This document shows positions 50,850-64,000 of a stretch of 64,000 bases of DNA, piece by piece (the stretch's first letter is position 1; each line of letters starts with the position of its first letter). The notes below the pieces were generated by a model. The model worked only from the letters and a program-made list of their open reading frames with translations, had not been told where the DNA came from and did no database searches. Source of the DNA: the human T2T-CHM13v2.0 reference genome, Homo sapiens; the NCBI RefSeq assembly GCF_009914755.1, contig NC_060925.1; one strand, written 5' to 3'. The translations under genes were made by a program, and so were the position numbers.

Positions 50850-52700
50850 ATATTAATTCGTTCATTCATTTATTGAAAAATTGTGTGTTAAGCACTCGTG
50901 ATACATTAAGCACTGTACTAGGCACTGGAATACAAAGACTGATTATCTTTCACTAACCTCAGGGGCTTACGGTCTAATAGGGGAGAAAGGGAAATAAAGT
51001 AACTTTTAAGAAACAGACACTATGTTAGATTCATACAGAGAGATTTAGAGGACAGAAAGGAGGTTTTTAATTAAGACCAGGGTGAGTGTCACCAAGGGCT
51101 TCCAAGAGTTGAATCTTGAAGCACTGGCTGAGTAGGTGTGGGTGCATATGTTCGGCACCCTGGTATGGGGTGAGTACTGAGGGAAGGCACACTTTATCTA
51201 GAAAAAGAGAATGGCTTGTGTGCAGGGACAAAGGTATTAACAGCAAGTGTTCCTTGTGGATGGAGCACAGGGATCAATGAATTTACAGAAAACTAGGAGT
51301 TGCCTGGGAGGGGACACTGGAATATGGGATCTTGGGTTAGGAGTAGGGATGAGAATGTCCCTTGCCCCTGGAGCACAGTGTTCAGAACACAGAGGGTGAT
51401 TAGGGAGCCCATACTTTGGAGAAAACAAGAAATGAAATGGACACAGGAAGCGGAACATCACACACCGGGGTCTGTCGTGGGGTGGGGGCAGGGGGGAGGG
51501 ATAGCATTAGGAGACATACCTAATGTAAATGATGAGTTAATGGGTGCAGCACACCAACATGTCACATGTATACCTATGTAACAAATCTGCACGTTGTGCA
51601 CATGTACCCTAGAACTTAAGGTATAATAATAATTAAAAATGAGTGAGCATGTAGCAGTTGCTGACATTTGGATATTCTCGTTTCTCTTTGACTGCAGCTC
51701 TCTGTGCCCTGTTGCAATAAAAAATTCAGTTAATACTGTAAAAAAAAAAAAAAAAGAGAAAAGCTAACAGATCAGATGTCTGAGGAGGCAGCCAGGTAGC
51801 ATTCAGATCACAGGCAGGGACTAAGAAGAAATCAGGGACCTGTGATGAGAACAGAGGCTCAAAGCTGCAACCAAGCGACGGGGTGTGATATGGAGCTTGG
51901 AGGAAATTCCTGAGCAGCCGGAACATCGCTGCAGCAGATTTTTATAGGGCACTTGCAGCCTCCTGAATGGGCAGAAAGAGAGCTGTTAAGGGCACTGATC
52001 TGGCTCAGGCAGAGGGCCTTGAACTACACTGACGAGTTTGAACTGTATCCCGAAAGCTTTGGGGAGTCATTGCAGGGTTTTAAGCAGGGCAATGGTGTGA
52101 TGAGATTTGCGTTTTAAAAAGATCTTGTTGACTGTTGTGTACAAATGGATTGGAAGTTTGTTACTCTGAAGGCACAGAGATCAGGTAGGAGGGTTTCTGC
52201 AGATGAAAGAGGATGGGAAGCTGATCTAAGGTGCTGCACTGGAAATGGAGTGGGGAGAAGATGTTTGGGAAGATGTGGAAAGTGGAACAAAGACTCATGA
52301 AGAGTAAGAGAAGAGGAGAAATAGCAGAGCCTATGTGTCGTCTAATTTGTCTGAATGAGGGACCTAGTGCCTAGTATAGATAGATGTCTGCCATTGCCTC
52401 CCAGGGGAGGTGCAGGGGAGGAGAAAAGCTGATTTCAAAGGTAGAGGTGTTGAATTTGAGGGTCCTGCTGAAAAGCTAGGTGGGGACGATCTGAAATCTG
52501 TTGCATAGAGGTCTAAAACTTAAAAAAAAAAATCTGAGGGATAAAGATCTGGAATTCATTATTGTTTAGATGGTAATTGAAACTGATGGATTTGGATGGT
52601 GTGTGTAGAGTGAAAAGGGTGGAGCCTTGGTAAACACTGACATTTAGAAGAGAATGGAGGAAAAGGATTCATGACATTGACATATTATGGCCAGAAAGGG
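50850..52700. mobile_element. Fragmented L2 region
   Basis: ttcattcatttattga...ctaggcactgg end motif; ggggagtcattgcagggttttaagcaggg...ttttaaaaagatc. Confidence 0.55.
51438..51633 (+). mobile_element. L1PA (about PA5-7) 3' UTR fragment
   Basis: tggacacaggaag...gggatagcattaggagacatacctaatgtaaatgatgagttaatggg...ccctagaacttaa. Confidence 0.9.
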
Positions 52701-55587
52701 AGAAGGGAAGTGACAGTCAGGAGTGATAGGGAAACCACATGAGAAAATAATCTCAGGACAAAGGAAGAGCTGCAGAAGAGCCAAGCATGATAACGAAACT
52801 ATACACCCGTGCAGGACAAAATAACAATTGTGCAAAGTTTGCCAGACACTTTACATATGGTAGCTCCTCTGATCCTCATGACAACTCCATGGGTTGGATG
52901 CTGTTGTTATGCTTGTGTTCCAGATGAGGCTATGGAGGCACAGGAAAGTTAAGTGACCTGTCTCCCATTATAAAATGAATCTTCAAACCAACAAAATCTG
53001 ACTCCTGAATTCAGACACATTACAACCACCTCTGCCAATGCTGAAGTACGCAAAAAACAAAATATAAGGCTACATTGCAGTGAGCTGAGGAAGGACAGAG
53101 GAAGTAGGAAGTAGAAGAAGTGAGTGAATACCTCTCTTAAAAATTTTCATAAGGAAACTAGAAAGGCCCTCATTAGAGGGGAAGCAAAGGTAGGGTGGAG
53201 GAGAGATTTTTTTTTAAAGATTGGAAAGACCTGAGATATTTATGCATTGAGTTAATAGAGGGGATAAAGATGTGGATAAATGATAACATGAATCCTTAGA
53301 GACAACAGAAGGGGTTAGGATCAAGAATATTGGCACAGACATTAATTTTGAACAAATTTGTATTGAACACAAACTATGTAGTTGGCCCTGTGTAGGTACT
53401 GGGGATACAAGGTGTGTAATATATGGCAGTTAACCTCAAAGATCTCAGAGCTGAGCTGGAGGTAGACATTTATAGCATTATATCATATCCTGTTAAGAAA
53501 GGGGGTTTGATGGACTGACTTTGAGGGGATGGCAGCAAGACGTTTGGGAGTAAAGCTCATCTCCCACCACCTTAGTCAAGGTTTTGGCTCCAGTTACATT
53601 GGTCTCCTTTCAATTTCTGATCATGCCAAAGGCCTTCTAGTCACTTACCTATCCCTTCTCATCCTCAAGCTTCTGTTGTAATGTTACCTCTGCAAAGAGG
53701 CCTTCCCTGATCACCTTGTCTAAAGTTATGTTTCCTCATGCTTTATTCTCTCTCCCATCACTCATTGACTTCCTTCAGGACTGTTTTCACAATCTATAAT
53801 TGTCTTCCTTATTTACCCATTTGTTTATCGTGTATCTGCTCCAGGTGTAAGCTCCATGACAGTAGGGACCATCTAGTGTGTAGATGACACGTGGCTCATT
53901 GGTGATTGTCAATACGCTTTTGAGTAAATGAGTGAATACCATAATAGTGTTTGGACGGTCTTTAAAAGTAGCCATTGGCTATGTAAGAGAGATGGAGAGA
54001 TGATTTTAGGTAAGTGGGAAAGTATGTACAATGTTACAGAAGCATGAGCCAGGATGGAATAGTTAAGAAGCAGTCAGTAGCTTGGCATGTTCATACCATA
54101 CCATAAAATAACTGAGTGCCAGCGGTAGTGAGGGTAGAGGGGGAAGGGAGAGGTGTTGGCAAAAGAACAGTACATTAGGGCCATATAAGGAAAGGTCTTA
54201 TATGCTAAGTCAGTGATTCTGCTGACAATGGACAGTCCATTGAGAAACCAAATATTATGGAAATTAGATCTTGAAAATAAATTCTGTATGAATTCAGCTA
54301 TTAACATTTATGCCTGAATTTTGAATAATTAGAATATATTCCCTTTAGTTTGTCCTCAAAATCTTCCATTGAGTTCTGTCTTGATGTAATTATGATCATA
54401 CAACACAAACTAGTGACCTAAATCCTTCAACAAAATTTGATTTCTGTGAAAAATCAAGAATTCCTGTTAGTGTGTATTATATGTTTTCTTGTGATCACTG
54501 CCTAGTAATTCAGTAGCCAGAGAATAAAGGGCTTCATCATTATATGAAGACATCAATATTCATTAAAACATTTGGGCTGGTCTTTGTAGGTATGGTAATG
54601 AAAGTCTGCAAACTTGTTTAGCCAAAGATCAAACAACGTAATTAAATGTTAGTCAGTAATAATAATAACTTCACAAAATGGGAAATGGTAGAAATACAGC
54701 ACAAAAAGCAAGCAAGCAACATTTCCTGAGAAACCTGTCTTTGTTTTTTTAATTAATTACTAGATTAGGGAAATGACATTTACTGAAGAAAATAACAGAT
54801 CATTTAATGGAATTGCCAAAGGTCTTTCGAACCTCCAGAGAATTGGAGAAATGAGCTAAATGATCAGAACTAATGTTTGGAGCCAGTACTGTAATACTTG
54901 CTAATATTTTTGCTAATTTGATAAGTTATATAAGCTTCTAACCAATATATTGAGAGCAAAGAGAAGACTGTGGTGGGGACAAATACATTTTACAGCACTG
55001 TTTGCTGCTTTAGATACCTGAGGTTATTACCATGATGAAAACATTGCCTTGTGGGAACTTTGGTAGGATAGATATCACTAGCCATATGTAAGTAGACAAT
55101 TTAATTTACCCCATAAATTCTGTCACTTTTTTGGAATAATGTATCACTTTATAAAAATATAATTTAACAATTTACATAATTACTAACTAATCAAAATAAA
55201 TCAAGAGCACAAGTAGTATCTTTTTAACTTTCTAGCACATTGAATCAATATATTTACTTTAATTCTGTTTTTGAGGTGTATATTCAGCTTAATTCTTTGC
55301 ACTTGCTTGGAAATGTATAGCTGTTTAAAATCTGTATTCTTGTCCTGGGTCATTTACAAAACCATAGGCATCTACTTGTGCTGAGCTGAATGTGGCAGAT
55401 ACCTTAGCACTTGAGGTGTCTTTACTCTGCATGGTTGAGAAAACTAGATCATCACTACCTGCATACGCCTTCTCGTGTCAGAGTGAAGCTCAAGGAAACT
55501 CCTCGCGGTCATTGATCCCTGAAGAACACTTGAAGACAAACCCTATTGGATAAAGGTGGTGGATTTTTAGCTTTTCTTCTTCCACTT

Positions 55588-55800
55588 CAGGGCTCAGCAA
55601 ATGATGGCCCCTGGAATAAATCTGATCGGCTGTGTTTTTGTAAATAAAATTTTATTGGCTCACAGCCATACCCTTAAATTTATGGGTGTATTCAATTATG
55701 GCTATTTTCATGCTGCAAAGATAGCATTGAATAGTTGCTACATTGCAAAACCTAAAGTATTTTCTATCTAGTCTTTACAGAAAAAATTTGCCTATCCCTT
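55588..55800. mobile_element. MER58A-like hAT element
   Basis: cagggctcagcaaa...tttttgtaaataaaattttattgg...aaaatttgcctatccct. Confidence 0.7.
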
Positions 55801-56718
55801 CTCTAGTACAAGATTTTCCTAAATATTTCCATATGACAATAGTTAAAGGGGATTTTAATGGGTGGGACTAATCAAAGGTCGAATAGTTAGGGAAACTGTT
55901 TAAGCAAATTTAATTTTTTCCTTACTGCTGGAATTCTCAGAGTGATTAATATATGAATGTATATTTTGACCCTTTTAGAAGGAAATATTGTATTAGTATT
56001 TCCCCAAATTACTTGACTATCATCACTTTTATTTGTGGGCTAGGTATGAGATTAGTGATCTTTGAAACACACTTTCAAAAATGCTAAAATACTAAAATAC
56101 ATGTTTTCTTCATGACTTTCTATTTATAAATTCTGCTTTACTGCCTAAGAGGACTGTCAATTCCCTATTTTCTCCATAGTGTAGATATTGCAAGAGTTAT
56201 TTAACTTAATATCATGTGTACCTTGCTCCTTCTATTTCAATAAGATCCCAGTAAGGATTATTTTGATGTCTGACCTCATTTCGAAAGGGATTTTTTTTTC
56301 ATTCTTTTGAACAATTTTAAACTTAACTTGAAAAAAAGTGTATATTAAGCAGTTATGTAACTGCATGATTTTTTCCTTCACACCACTGCACTCAGAAAAT
56401 ATTTGGAAGCAAGCTATATAAATTAGCTGGTTTGGAAAATTAAATGTATACCTAGCATCTTCTTCACAGTGGACAGTCTGAATTAATAACTCATCCTTCC
56501 TTATATGGAAGTAATTATTTACAAAAGAAGAAATGCACATGGGGAATATAACTGTGTGGTTCTTTCCCCCTTAAGTGCAAGCGTTAACTTATATCAATAA
56601 AAAGTAGTGATTGAAGACTGTGTGATGTGTTTCAGTTAAGCCAATAAAAATTTGTGGCTTCTGTTTGTTTTTGTTTTCTTCTGTCATGTTACACATGTCC
56701 TCAAAGCAGAGGATATAA

Positions 56719-57275
56719 AGGTTGAGCATCCCTAATTCAAAAATCCAAAATCTAAAATATTCCAAAATCCAAAACTTTTTGAGTACTGATATAATGTGAC
56801 ACGTGAAAAACTTTATACGTGACCTCATGTGACAGCTTGCAGTCAAAATGAAGCTGTGATATATATTTTCTGCACACACCCAGATTCCCCCACACGAACA
56901 CACCTACAAAGAATAATAAAATGGCACATGTGTAGGCTGGATGTGCCAAGGACAGGTTCTCCATGATGCCCCGCATAGGGCCAAGACCTGTGTGCATTAC
57001 TGGCTGTGTTTTTCTACTTCCCTGCTCTGTAGTGTAAAAATATTGTTGAAAATGTCAGAAAGGCCTACAGATACTCCTACGGGTAACAGTGATGAGAAAG
57101 AGAGGGAGCATTCCTTACTTTTAATGGCAAAAACTGCAATTACTTTTGCACCAACCTAATATGTTCATCTGTAGCCACAGAAAGTCAAGCTGTTGGTGAA
57201 ACTGGGTAGTGGTGTAAGTGTGAAACATCTCACAGAAGAGTGTGGTGTTGGAATGACCACCATATGTGACTTGAG
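56719..57275 (+). mobile_element. Tigger4 (Zombi) 5' part including transposase N-terminus remnant
   Basis: aggttgagcatccctaattcaaaaatccaaaatc TIR region; atgtcagaaaggcct...cagaaagtcaagctgttg...ggtgttggaatgaccaccata (CENP-B-type HTH start). Confidence 0.75.
57115..57159. mobile_element. Half MADE1 / solo Hsmar1 terminal inverted repeat
   Basis: ttacttttaatggcaaaaactgcaattacttttgcaccaacctaa followed by TA. Confidence 0.9.
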
Positions 57276-57871
57276 GACTTAGAGGGGTTGTGTCCTTGTG
57301 TCTTAATAGTAGTAATCTGCATGATCTTCTGCGATCCAGTGTAAAACAATTATGAAACTCCATCATTTAAAATGAGATCAAGATTGTAAAATACAGGGTA
57401 ATCACATACATTTTTCTATGTGCTAATTCTAGGTCTGTTTCTACCTTTGAGCCACTAGTCTACAAATGTATAATTTAATTTGCTCAGCTTTACCATACCA
57501 TTAGAATATTTTGATTGAAAGCTAAGTTTTCAATTTATACCAAATTAAATAAAACTATGTTGAAAATCATAGTTTTACTTAATTTTGATTTATAGTGTAC
57601 GTTGTAGTTGATGGACACTATCAATTTATTTGCATAGTTATTTATTAATATCTATTTCATAAACTGGACTATAATTTCCATGAGGGCAGAGACTATATAT
57701 TTGTATAGTGTGCTTGGTACACATTAGAATCTCACTAATATTTGTTGAATGATGAATTTCAATAACCTTTTATAAGACTTTTAAAGGATCTAAATAACGT
57801 ATATATTTAAAATTTATCCTGTACAGGTAAATGTAGCTGTATATATTGCTTTGGTTTTGTAATCATTCTAA

Positions 57872-58206
57872 ATCAGTTGACAATCTATGGCCTGCAGGCA
57901 AAAGCTGCCCCATTGCCTGTTTCTGTAAGGCATGGGAGTTAAAAAAATGGGTTTGTTGTTTTTAAATATTGGAAAAAAATTAAAAGAAGAGTCATAGTTC
58001 ATGATATGTGAAAATTGTAGGACATTCAGATTTCAGTGTTGATAAATAGTTTTATTAGAATACGACCATATTCATTCATTTCTATATAATCTATGGCTGA
58101 GTTTGTCCTAAATGGCAGAGTGGCATAGTTACAACAAAGACTGTATGACCCACAGAGCCTAAAATATTGACTATCTGTCCCTTCATAGGAAGTTTGCAGA
58201 CGCCTG
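57872..58206. mobile_element. MER33/MER58-like hAT element
   Basis: ctatggcctgcaggcaaa...gcctaaaatattgactatctg...aagtttgcagacgcctg. Confidence 0.7.
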
Positions 58207-59202
58207 TTCTAAATAAATAAAAAAGACACTATGCAGTTCGAGCTTTTGAAAAAATCAAGATGAATGACTACATACATATTTTAGTCTTCTATTTAACTAT
58301 AAATTATATTTATATAATTTAGCATCAATCATGACTCTAAAGTTATAAGCTATACAATTTTTAAAACAATATCCCTACAAATGAACCAGTATTAAATATA
58401 TACATTGCTAAATGTCAAATTAGCTCTTATTTCAAAGCTCTGTGTTTCCAGTTGTTTTCATTTATATACCCTTAAAAATGACTCATATATCTGTGTAGCT
58501 ATGAGTTTGTATTTTTTTTTTTTGAGAGCAATGGACTTAAAACCTAAATTCTAAATTCAGACTTCTTAGTAGTGTATTCGACTAATTTCAGAAATACTAT
58601 TTTGTTTGTTCTGTTATATACATTTTCTGTCCTCTCTTTCTCAGCTCTGAAGCTTTAGGTCACTAGCTGCAACAATTTGAAAAAGAAAAAAATCTCTGGA
58701 AAATGATGATGATGATAATAATAACCCTTTATATTTTATAGTTTATTATATTCTTCTAAGTTTTTCAAAAGCTTTCATATACATCGTGGAAACCAGCTAA
58801 ACTTATTTTAAAGCCTTACATGTTTCACTCTTGAAATTAGTATGAGTGCAACTATAATAGAGGTGAAGACATTAATATCCTTACCTTTTTCTAGTCTATT
58901 AATTCCCATGCTGATGTCAGAAACTGTTGACATAAATATATAAATAAAAGATGAAAGGTTTTTCCTTAATTTTAGTAGTTGAAAGCAACACTATAGGTAA
59001 TTGGAATCAGATTTTTAAAAACTTTTGTAAAGAAATTTATCAAATAACATAGGGCGACTTTTTCACTTTTGTTTGGAGTAAATAGGCACATATAAACTAT
59101 GGTTAAATTAGGCATTTCTGGTAGTTCCAGCTGTACACAATTCTCATTTACTGAGTATTTTTGATAAACACTCCCATAATTTTTTCTCTTCCTAATAGGA
59201 AC

Positions 59203-59640
59203 TGTGTTAAATTGGGTATAGGATAAATTTCTATAAAAAAAGAGAATACAAACTAGTGGTTTAAAATGATAGAACTGCTTGTTTCTCTTACAGTAATCCA
59301 TAGTTAAGTGATCCAACGCTGATAAGGAGATATTGTCATCCTCAACACATAGCTGTTTTCTCTGGGTCCACAGTGGCTGCTCCAGGTGTTACCATCTTCC
59401 AGCCAGAAAGAATAAAGGCCTGGGAGCACACACATTATTTTTTAGAGAGAAGGCCTCACCTTGGCATACGTATTGCTTCTGGTCTCATCCTATTATTTAG
59501 AATGCAGGCCCATGGCCATACTAAATCTAGGGTATGTAGGCTAAAGCAGAGAGGACGTGTGCAAAGCTTAACTCAGTCCTACTGTCAAAAAAAGAGACAG
59601 TAGATATTGATAGATAACTAATAATCTTTATTGTATACAT
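59203..59640 (-). mobile_element. Old MLT1 LTR fragment
   Basis: tagtggtttaaaatgataga, gtggctgctccag, catggccatac motifs. Confidence 0.5.
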
Positions 59641-61647
59641 GGTGCTGTCAGTTTTATCTGTCAATGTCTACCTATCTTGATCAATCAATATAAATAGACA
59701 TAAATATAGACACTTCTCCCTTTTACTAACAGAAAATTTGATTAGATATAAATTTGCTCAGATTGACTTGATTTTCTGATACCAATATCTCTACAATATT
59801 GCGCACAAACTGCTGAATATATCTGAACACTTTCCATAGCCATTATGTGACCATTTCTTGACTTCAAACCATTTCTTCTGAAACTGATTTGAATACAGAG
59901 CATCCTAAACTACAAAGGATCCATAACTTTACGCCAGCTTTCTGGGCCCTCGGATGTACAAGAGGAAACCTATAGTTTTCAGTTCACTAGGTAAAAAAAA
60001 GTAGAATTAGAAATTCTCAAAGCCAAAAAGATTTAAAAAGTGACAGATAATTAAAAAACCCTTACTAATAATATATTGTAAGTGTGGTGTAACAGAAGTC
60101 AACACAGCTAATTTGATTATTATGAACAACTTAGCTTGAAATTGAGTTGATAGAGGGATGAGGTTCAATAAAGGGTTAGTGACTGTTAATTCTATGAGGT
60201 TTAGTTTCAAATGTTATTTAAAAACTAGCTTGCAAATATTTAGAAAACCTAGGATACTGTACGCCCAATTAACACACATTTTAGGTGGCATTTCAATAAA
60301 TTTCAAGGATAAACTCAGTAAAACTCATTAATTTCTAAATTTTAAATGATTTGCACCAGCTATGCCTCTTTCTTGGATGAGTAGTTCCTCTAGTAAGTAC
60401 CCTAATATTAGACTGTCTCTTGAATTTTTAAACGGACTTATTAAAAGAAACGGCTTGAGTGAGAAAAATCATACAATTACAAAGCCATCCTTTCCACTTA
60501 CTATTAAGCTAACAATGTAAGCTCAATATTTAATGTTATTAACAATGCCCAAAGTCAAAGGTTTGTGATTAAATGAAGGATACAAAAGGACTGCCATATT
60601 TAAAACATTTAATTTTTTTAGAAGAATGCAAATCAAAGACCAGAATTAAAGCCCAAGAGAAAATTTTATTTAAGCATATTTGAATTTCTATTGAGTTCCA
60701 TTTAACCCTGAGGTTTTTTTCTCCCCTTCTGATAAACTTTTGCCCTCTAGCCTGCTGTGAAAAGAACAATGAAGCAGCCACCAATGCTCCCTAAACTCTC
60801 TGTAAGTGACTCTTCCTGAGTCATTATCCTTCAGCTTCCATAAGTAGCATGAAAAATCTCCTTTCTACCTCTCCCACTAGGAATCCGGTGCAAAGCATTG
60901 CATTTGATGTCTTGTAGAGCGGAAATCAAGAAACACAGGGCCCATCTGTGTCCATCTTGCATGTTGAATGAAAAACATTACCACCATTATAAATTAATGA
61001 GAATCTTTTATCTGGCCAGGGCTCTTTCCCCACACAATGTGAGTAACGTGGCAAAGATCTGAGACTTCCATAAAATGGCTGCCCTGAGTCTGGCCTCTTC
61101 TAGTGTGAAAGAAGAATGGGAACCTGGAAAATTTTCACTGACTGACTTAGGCCGTGAATCTGCTGCTGGGCTGCAGGAACCTTTGTACTTTAAGTTTTCA
61201 GCTTTTCATCAAAAGAAGAAGAAAGGCAAAAAGGGAGAAAAGATTCAAAGCAGCAATTTAAATTTCAGAAGTGAAGAAATTCTGAAAACTATTAATACTG
61301 GTTTTCTATCTCTCCCTCTTCTTTTTTGTCAAGTAACCAAACTCTCATTTTCATATGTAGTTTCTCTGCTTCTTTGTCAATTCATTAGCCTGTGAATCCA
61401 CAGTAGATTTCATCTAGGAATCGGACTTCAAAATCCCAGGAACCTGAGCGATTCTATAAGGTGATAACGCCATTATCCAAATGCTGCATACTGCCTTCTG
61501 ATAAGCCTGCTGTCTCCTTAGGAAATCCCAAGGCTTTGCTAGTCACTATTGTTTTAGGTTCCTGGAACAGTATTTATTAGCATGTGGAGTCATTCATTAC
61601 TCGATCAGAATCAGGAGGGTAGGATTCCAAAATAAAAACTGCAGGGG

Positions 61648-61701
61648 GTATACATACACACACACACCCACACACCCACACCCACACACCCACACACACA
61701 C
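61648..61701. repeat. Interrupted (CA)n microsatellite
   Basis: cacacacc-type repeats. Confidence 0.9.
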
Positions 61702-62861
61702 ATTCCTGCTTTAACCTGCTTACTAGCCAAGGTTCATGCCTTATAGGTGAAATACCTGAATATTTTCTGTGAATGATACTTCCCCACTTAGTCTTATGTC
61801 TTCCACTCACCTGCTTGCCTTCTTTTAACTAGCCAAATGGCCACTCCTGACTTTTTCTCTTGTTACTCTCTTTACCTGCTCTGGATAAATCTTTTTCTCC
61901 CATTGCAATCAGTTCTTACAATGACTTCCTAATTAACACATAGTAAGTCTCCTCTATAAAAATACGTATTTACTAATTATACACAGGCGCTTTGTCTTAT
62001 AAGTCTTCAAGGTGGTGAAGGGTTTCTGTTATCTGTCACGTAGAAGACAATAAACTTAATGACAATTGCCACATCACCTGTGGTGTTGCTGTGTCCATCA
62101 TAAAGAGTTATTTATTCACATTTATGCTATACATTTCTGTGGATAAACTCATGTTTTTCTTTCTGGAAAGAAAAGCACCCATCCTCTCTGGTCTTTCTCT
62201 TCCCATTTGCTCTATTTTTCTACTTTCCATCTTCTTCTTTCTCTGATTTCTAATTGAGATAGAAAAGATTAAAAAGCTCTTTGAATAAATCCAGTAATTT
62301 ATACAGGCATTCCTGCAGGCATTTTCGTCCCTTCAGCAGCGGGTTATGCTAAACATTGATTTACACAAAAGCAACTGTAACTGCATCTGTTACTGTTTTG
62401 CATCATAATTTTGGCTCAGAAATTACAGCTTCCATAAAAGTCAATTATTAAATGGCAGAACTCGAAACGATGTTGCTGAATTAGTGATTGTGGTACAGAT
62501 TGACTTAGTCTTCCAATACCAATACTTCTACCACATAGAGATGCACAGACACCAATGAATATCCCTAACTGTTCTTTATATAAGCTCAATGAAGCAATAT
62601 CATAAGCAAATATAACCTAACTGGCATTTGGCATAATGTTTTTGTGATCTGTAACTTCCTTGTTGCAGAAGTTTGGTCTCAGCATCATTTTTCTGTGTTG
62701 TCTTTTTTAACTTTTGAGGGGTGGATAACCCAAAATTAAATGGCAATGCCCAAGGACAGAAAAACCAAAATGAAAGAGAAAGGAGATTTCTATGTAGCAA
62801 ATTCTGTAAGTGTGAAAAATGTATCAAATATCTAACTAGATATTCCTGTTGCCCACGCAAC

Positions 62862-62899
62862 AGCCAAGCTCCTTGCACAAAGCCAAGCTCCTTGCACAA
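62862..62899. repeat. Perfect 19-bp tandem duplication
   Basis: agccaagctccttgcacaa x2. Confidence 0.95.
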
Positions 62900-64000
62900 A
62901 GACAGAGTTTTTGGTTACAAATGTTAGCCTGCTCAGGAATGTCTAGTTAAGGTTGTTAAGCCTAGAAACGAATATCTTGTGAAACTTAAAACACATTGTT
63001 TTTCTGGTTGAAAAATCAAACTGAGACTGAATAGTAGTGATTTATCTCATTCTTTAACTGCTAACATGAAACATTGCATTTGAATTTTAAACTTGCTTAT
63101 AGGAGCTTCTGCATGTTTTTAGCATAGGGAATGGATAGTTTGTATCAAAATAAATAACATTAACACTTGAAAGACAAATAACCAATAAAAATTTTAAACA
63201 ATTATTAAAATCACAATATTGCATTATTTTAATTAAATAAAAAGTGGTAGATAAAGCAATAATGTGATAACAGAATATTGGTAAAAGTATCGTTTGTAAG
63301 TTTCTGGTTTGTGTGAAAATTTAAAAACCCATAAATTTATAATTCATCGTATCGTGGACTCACTTCCAAGTCACTTTTAATTAATGCAAAAGCTACATAA
63401 ACTAAACAATTCAGAATAGGAATGTAGAATTTTGTTGCAAAATTAAATGTCTCTGTTGTAGGCTAATAAGTTTGCCATCCAATTAGATTAAAAATGAATA
63501 CTGCATATATAGTACGTATTTATAGACTAATTTCCAAGCAAGAATTTTTAGATAAATTACATAAACATAATTAAAACATACATTGCCCAGAGTATACCTA
63601 AGAAAACTAAAATCTATTAAAGTTTTTGAAGTTTTGAAGTCCACTGTATCCCTGGAGAGGAAACTTCATGGTTGAAAATCTTTTAATAAAGTGATAAAAA
63701 GGAAATATGTATTCATAATATCTACTTGATATCAGAAACTTTCCAAAAAGAATTTTATTAAACCAAATGGGTAATGAGAGGATCTTTGATAATCATGTGT
63801 GTCCTGACTCTTAAAGCAGTCAACGAAAACACATATGAATACAGATGACTGAGATTTAGTCTATTTTAATTGCCATTATTTTCACTTGGTAGAAGGTTAA
63901 TGTATAATAATCGCATTACCGGGAAATACTGAGAAGTTGGGGACAAACACCTGAAAATTTCCCACTGAATAAACTTCATTTTCTAAGCCAAATATATGAA

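Noticed and set aside
62721-62927. Cys-rich ORF (CSKFCKCEKC)
   Set aside because: Non-ATG start, short, includes the tandem duplication and matches no known zinc-finger spacing.

Overview
AT-rich, CpG-poor primate (probably human/hominoid) intronic or intergenic DNA. I can support no protein-coding gene; nearly all listed ORFs come from transposable elements or chance. The main object is a ~5.3 kb minus-strand HERV-H/LTR7 copy (3170-8452) that is not a normal provirus. It has the R-U5...U3-R structure of the viral mRNA, a decayed poly(A), a 14-bp target-site duplication (TSD) and one extra 5' G, which points to LINE-1-mediated retroposition of an unspliced HERV-H transcript. Other notable structures: a 105-bp, ~97%-identical inverted duplication inside an old MLT2 LTR; a young L1PA2-like 3' fragment nested in an older doubly truncated L1; a ~47-bp templated insertion in a MIR; a solo Hsmar1/MADE1 TIR inside a Tigger4 transposase remnant; and several nested LTRs. 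Repeat subfamily names come from recognising consensus motifs by eye and need RepeatMasker/Dfam confirmation.
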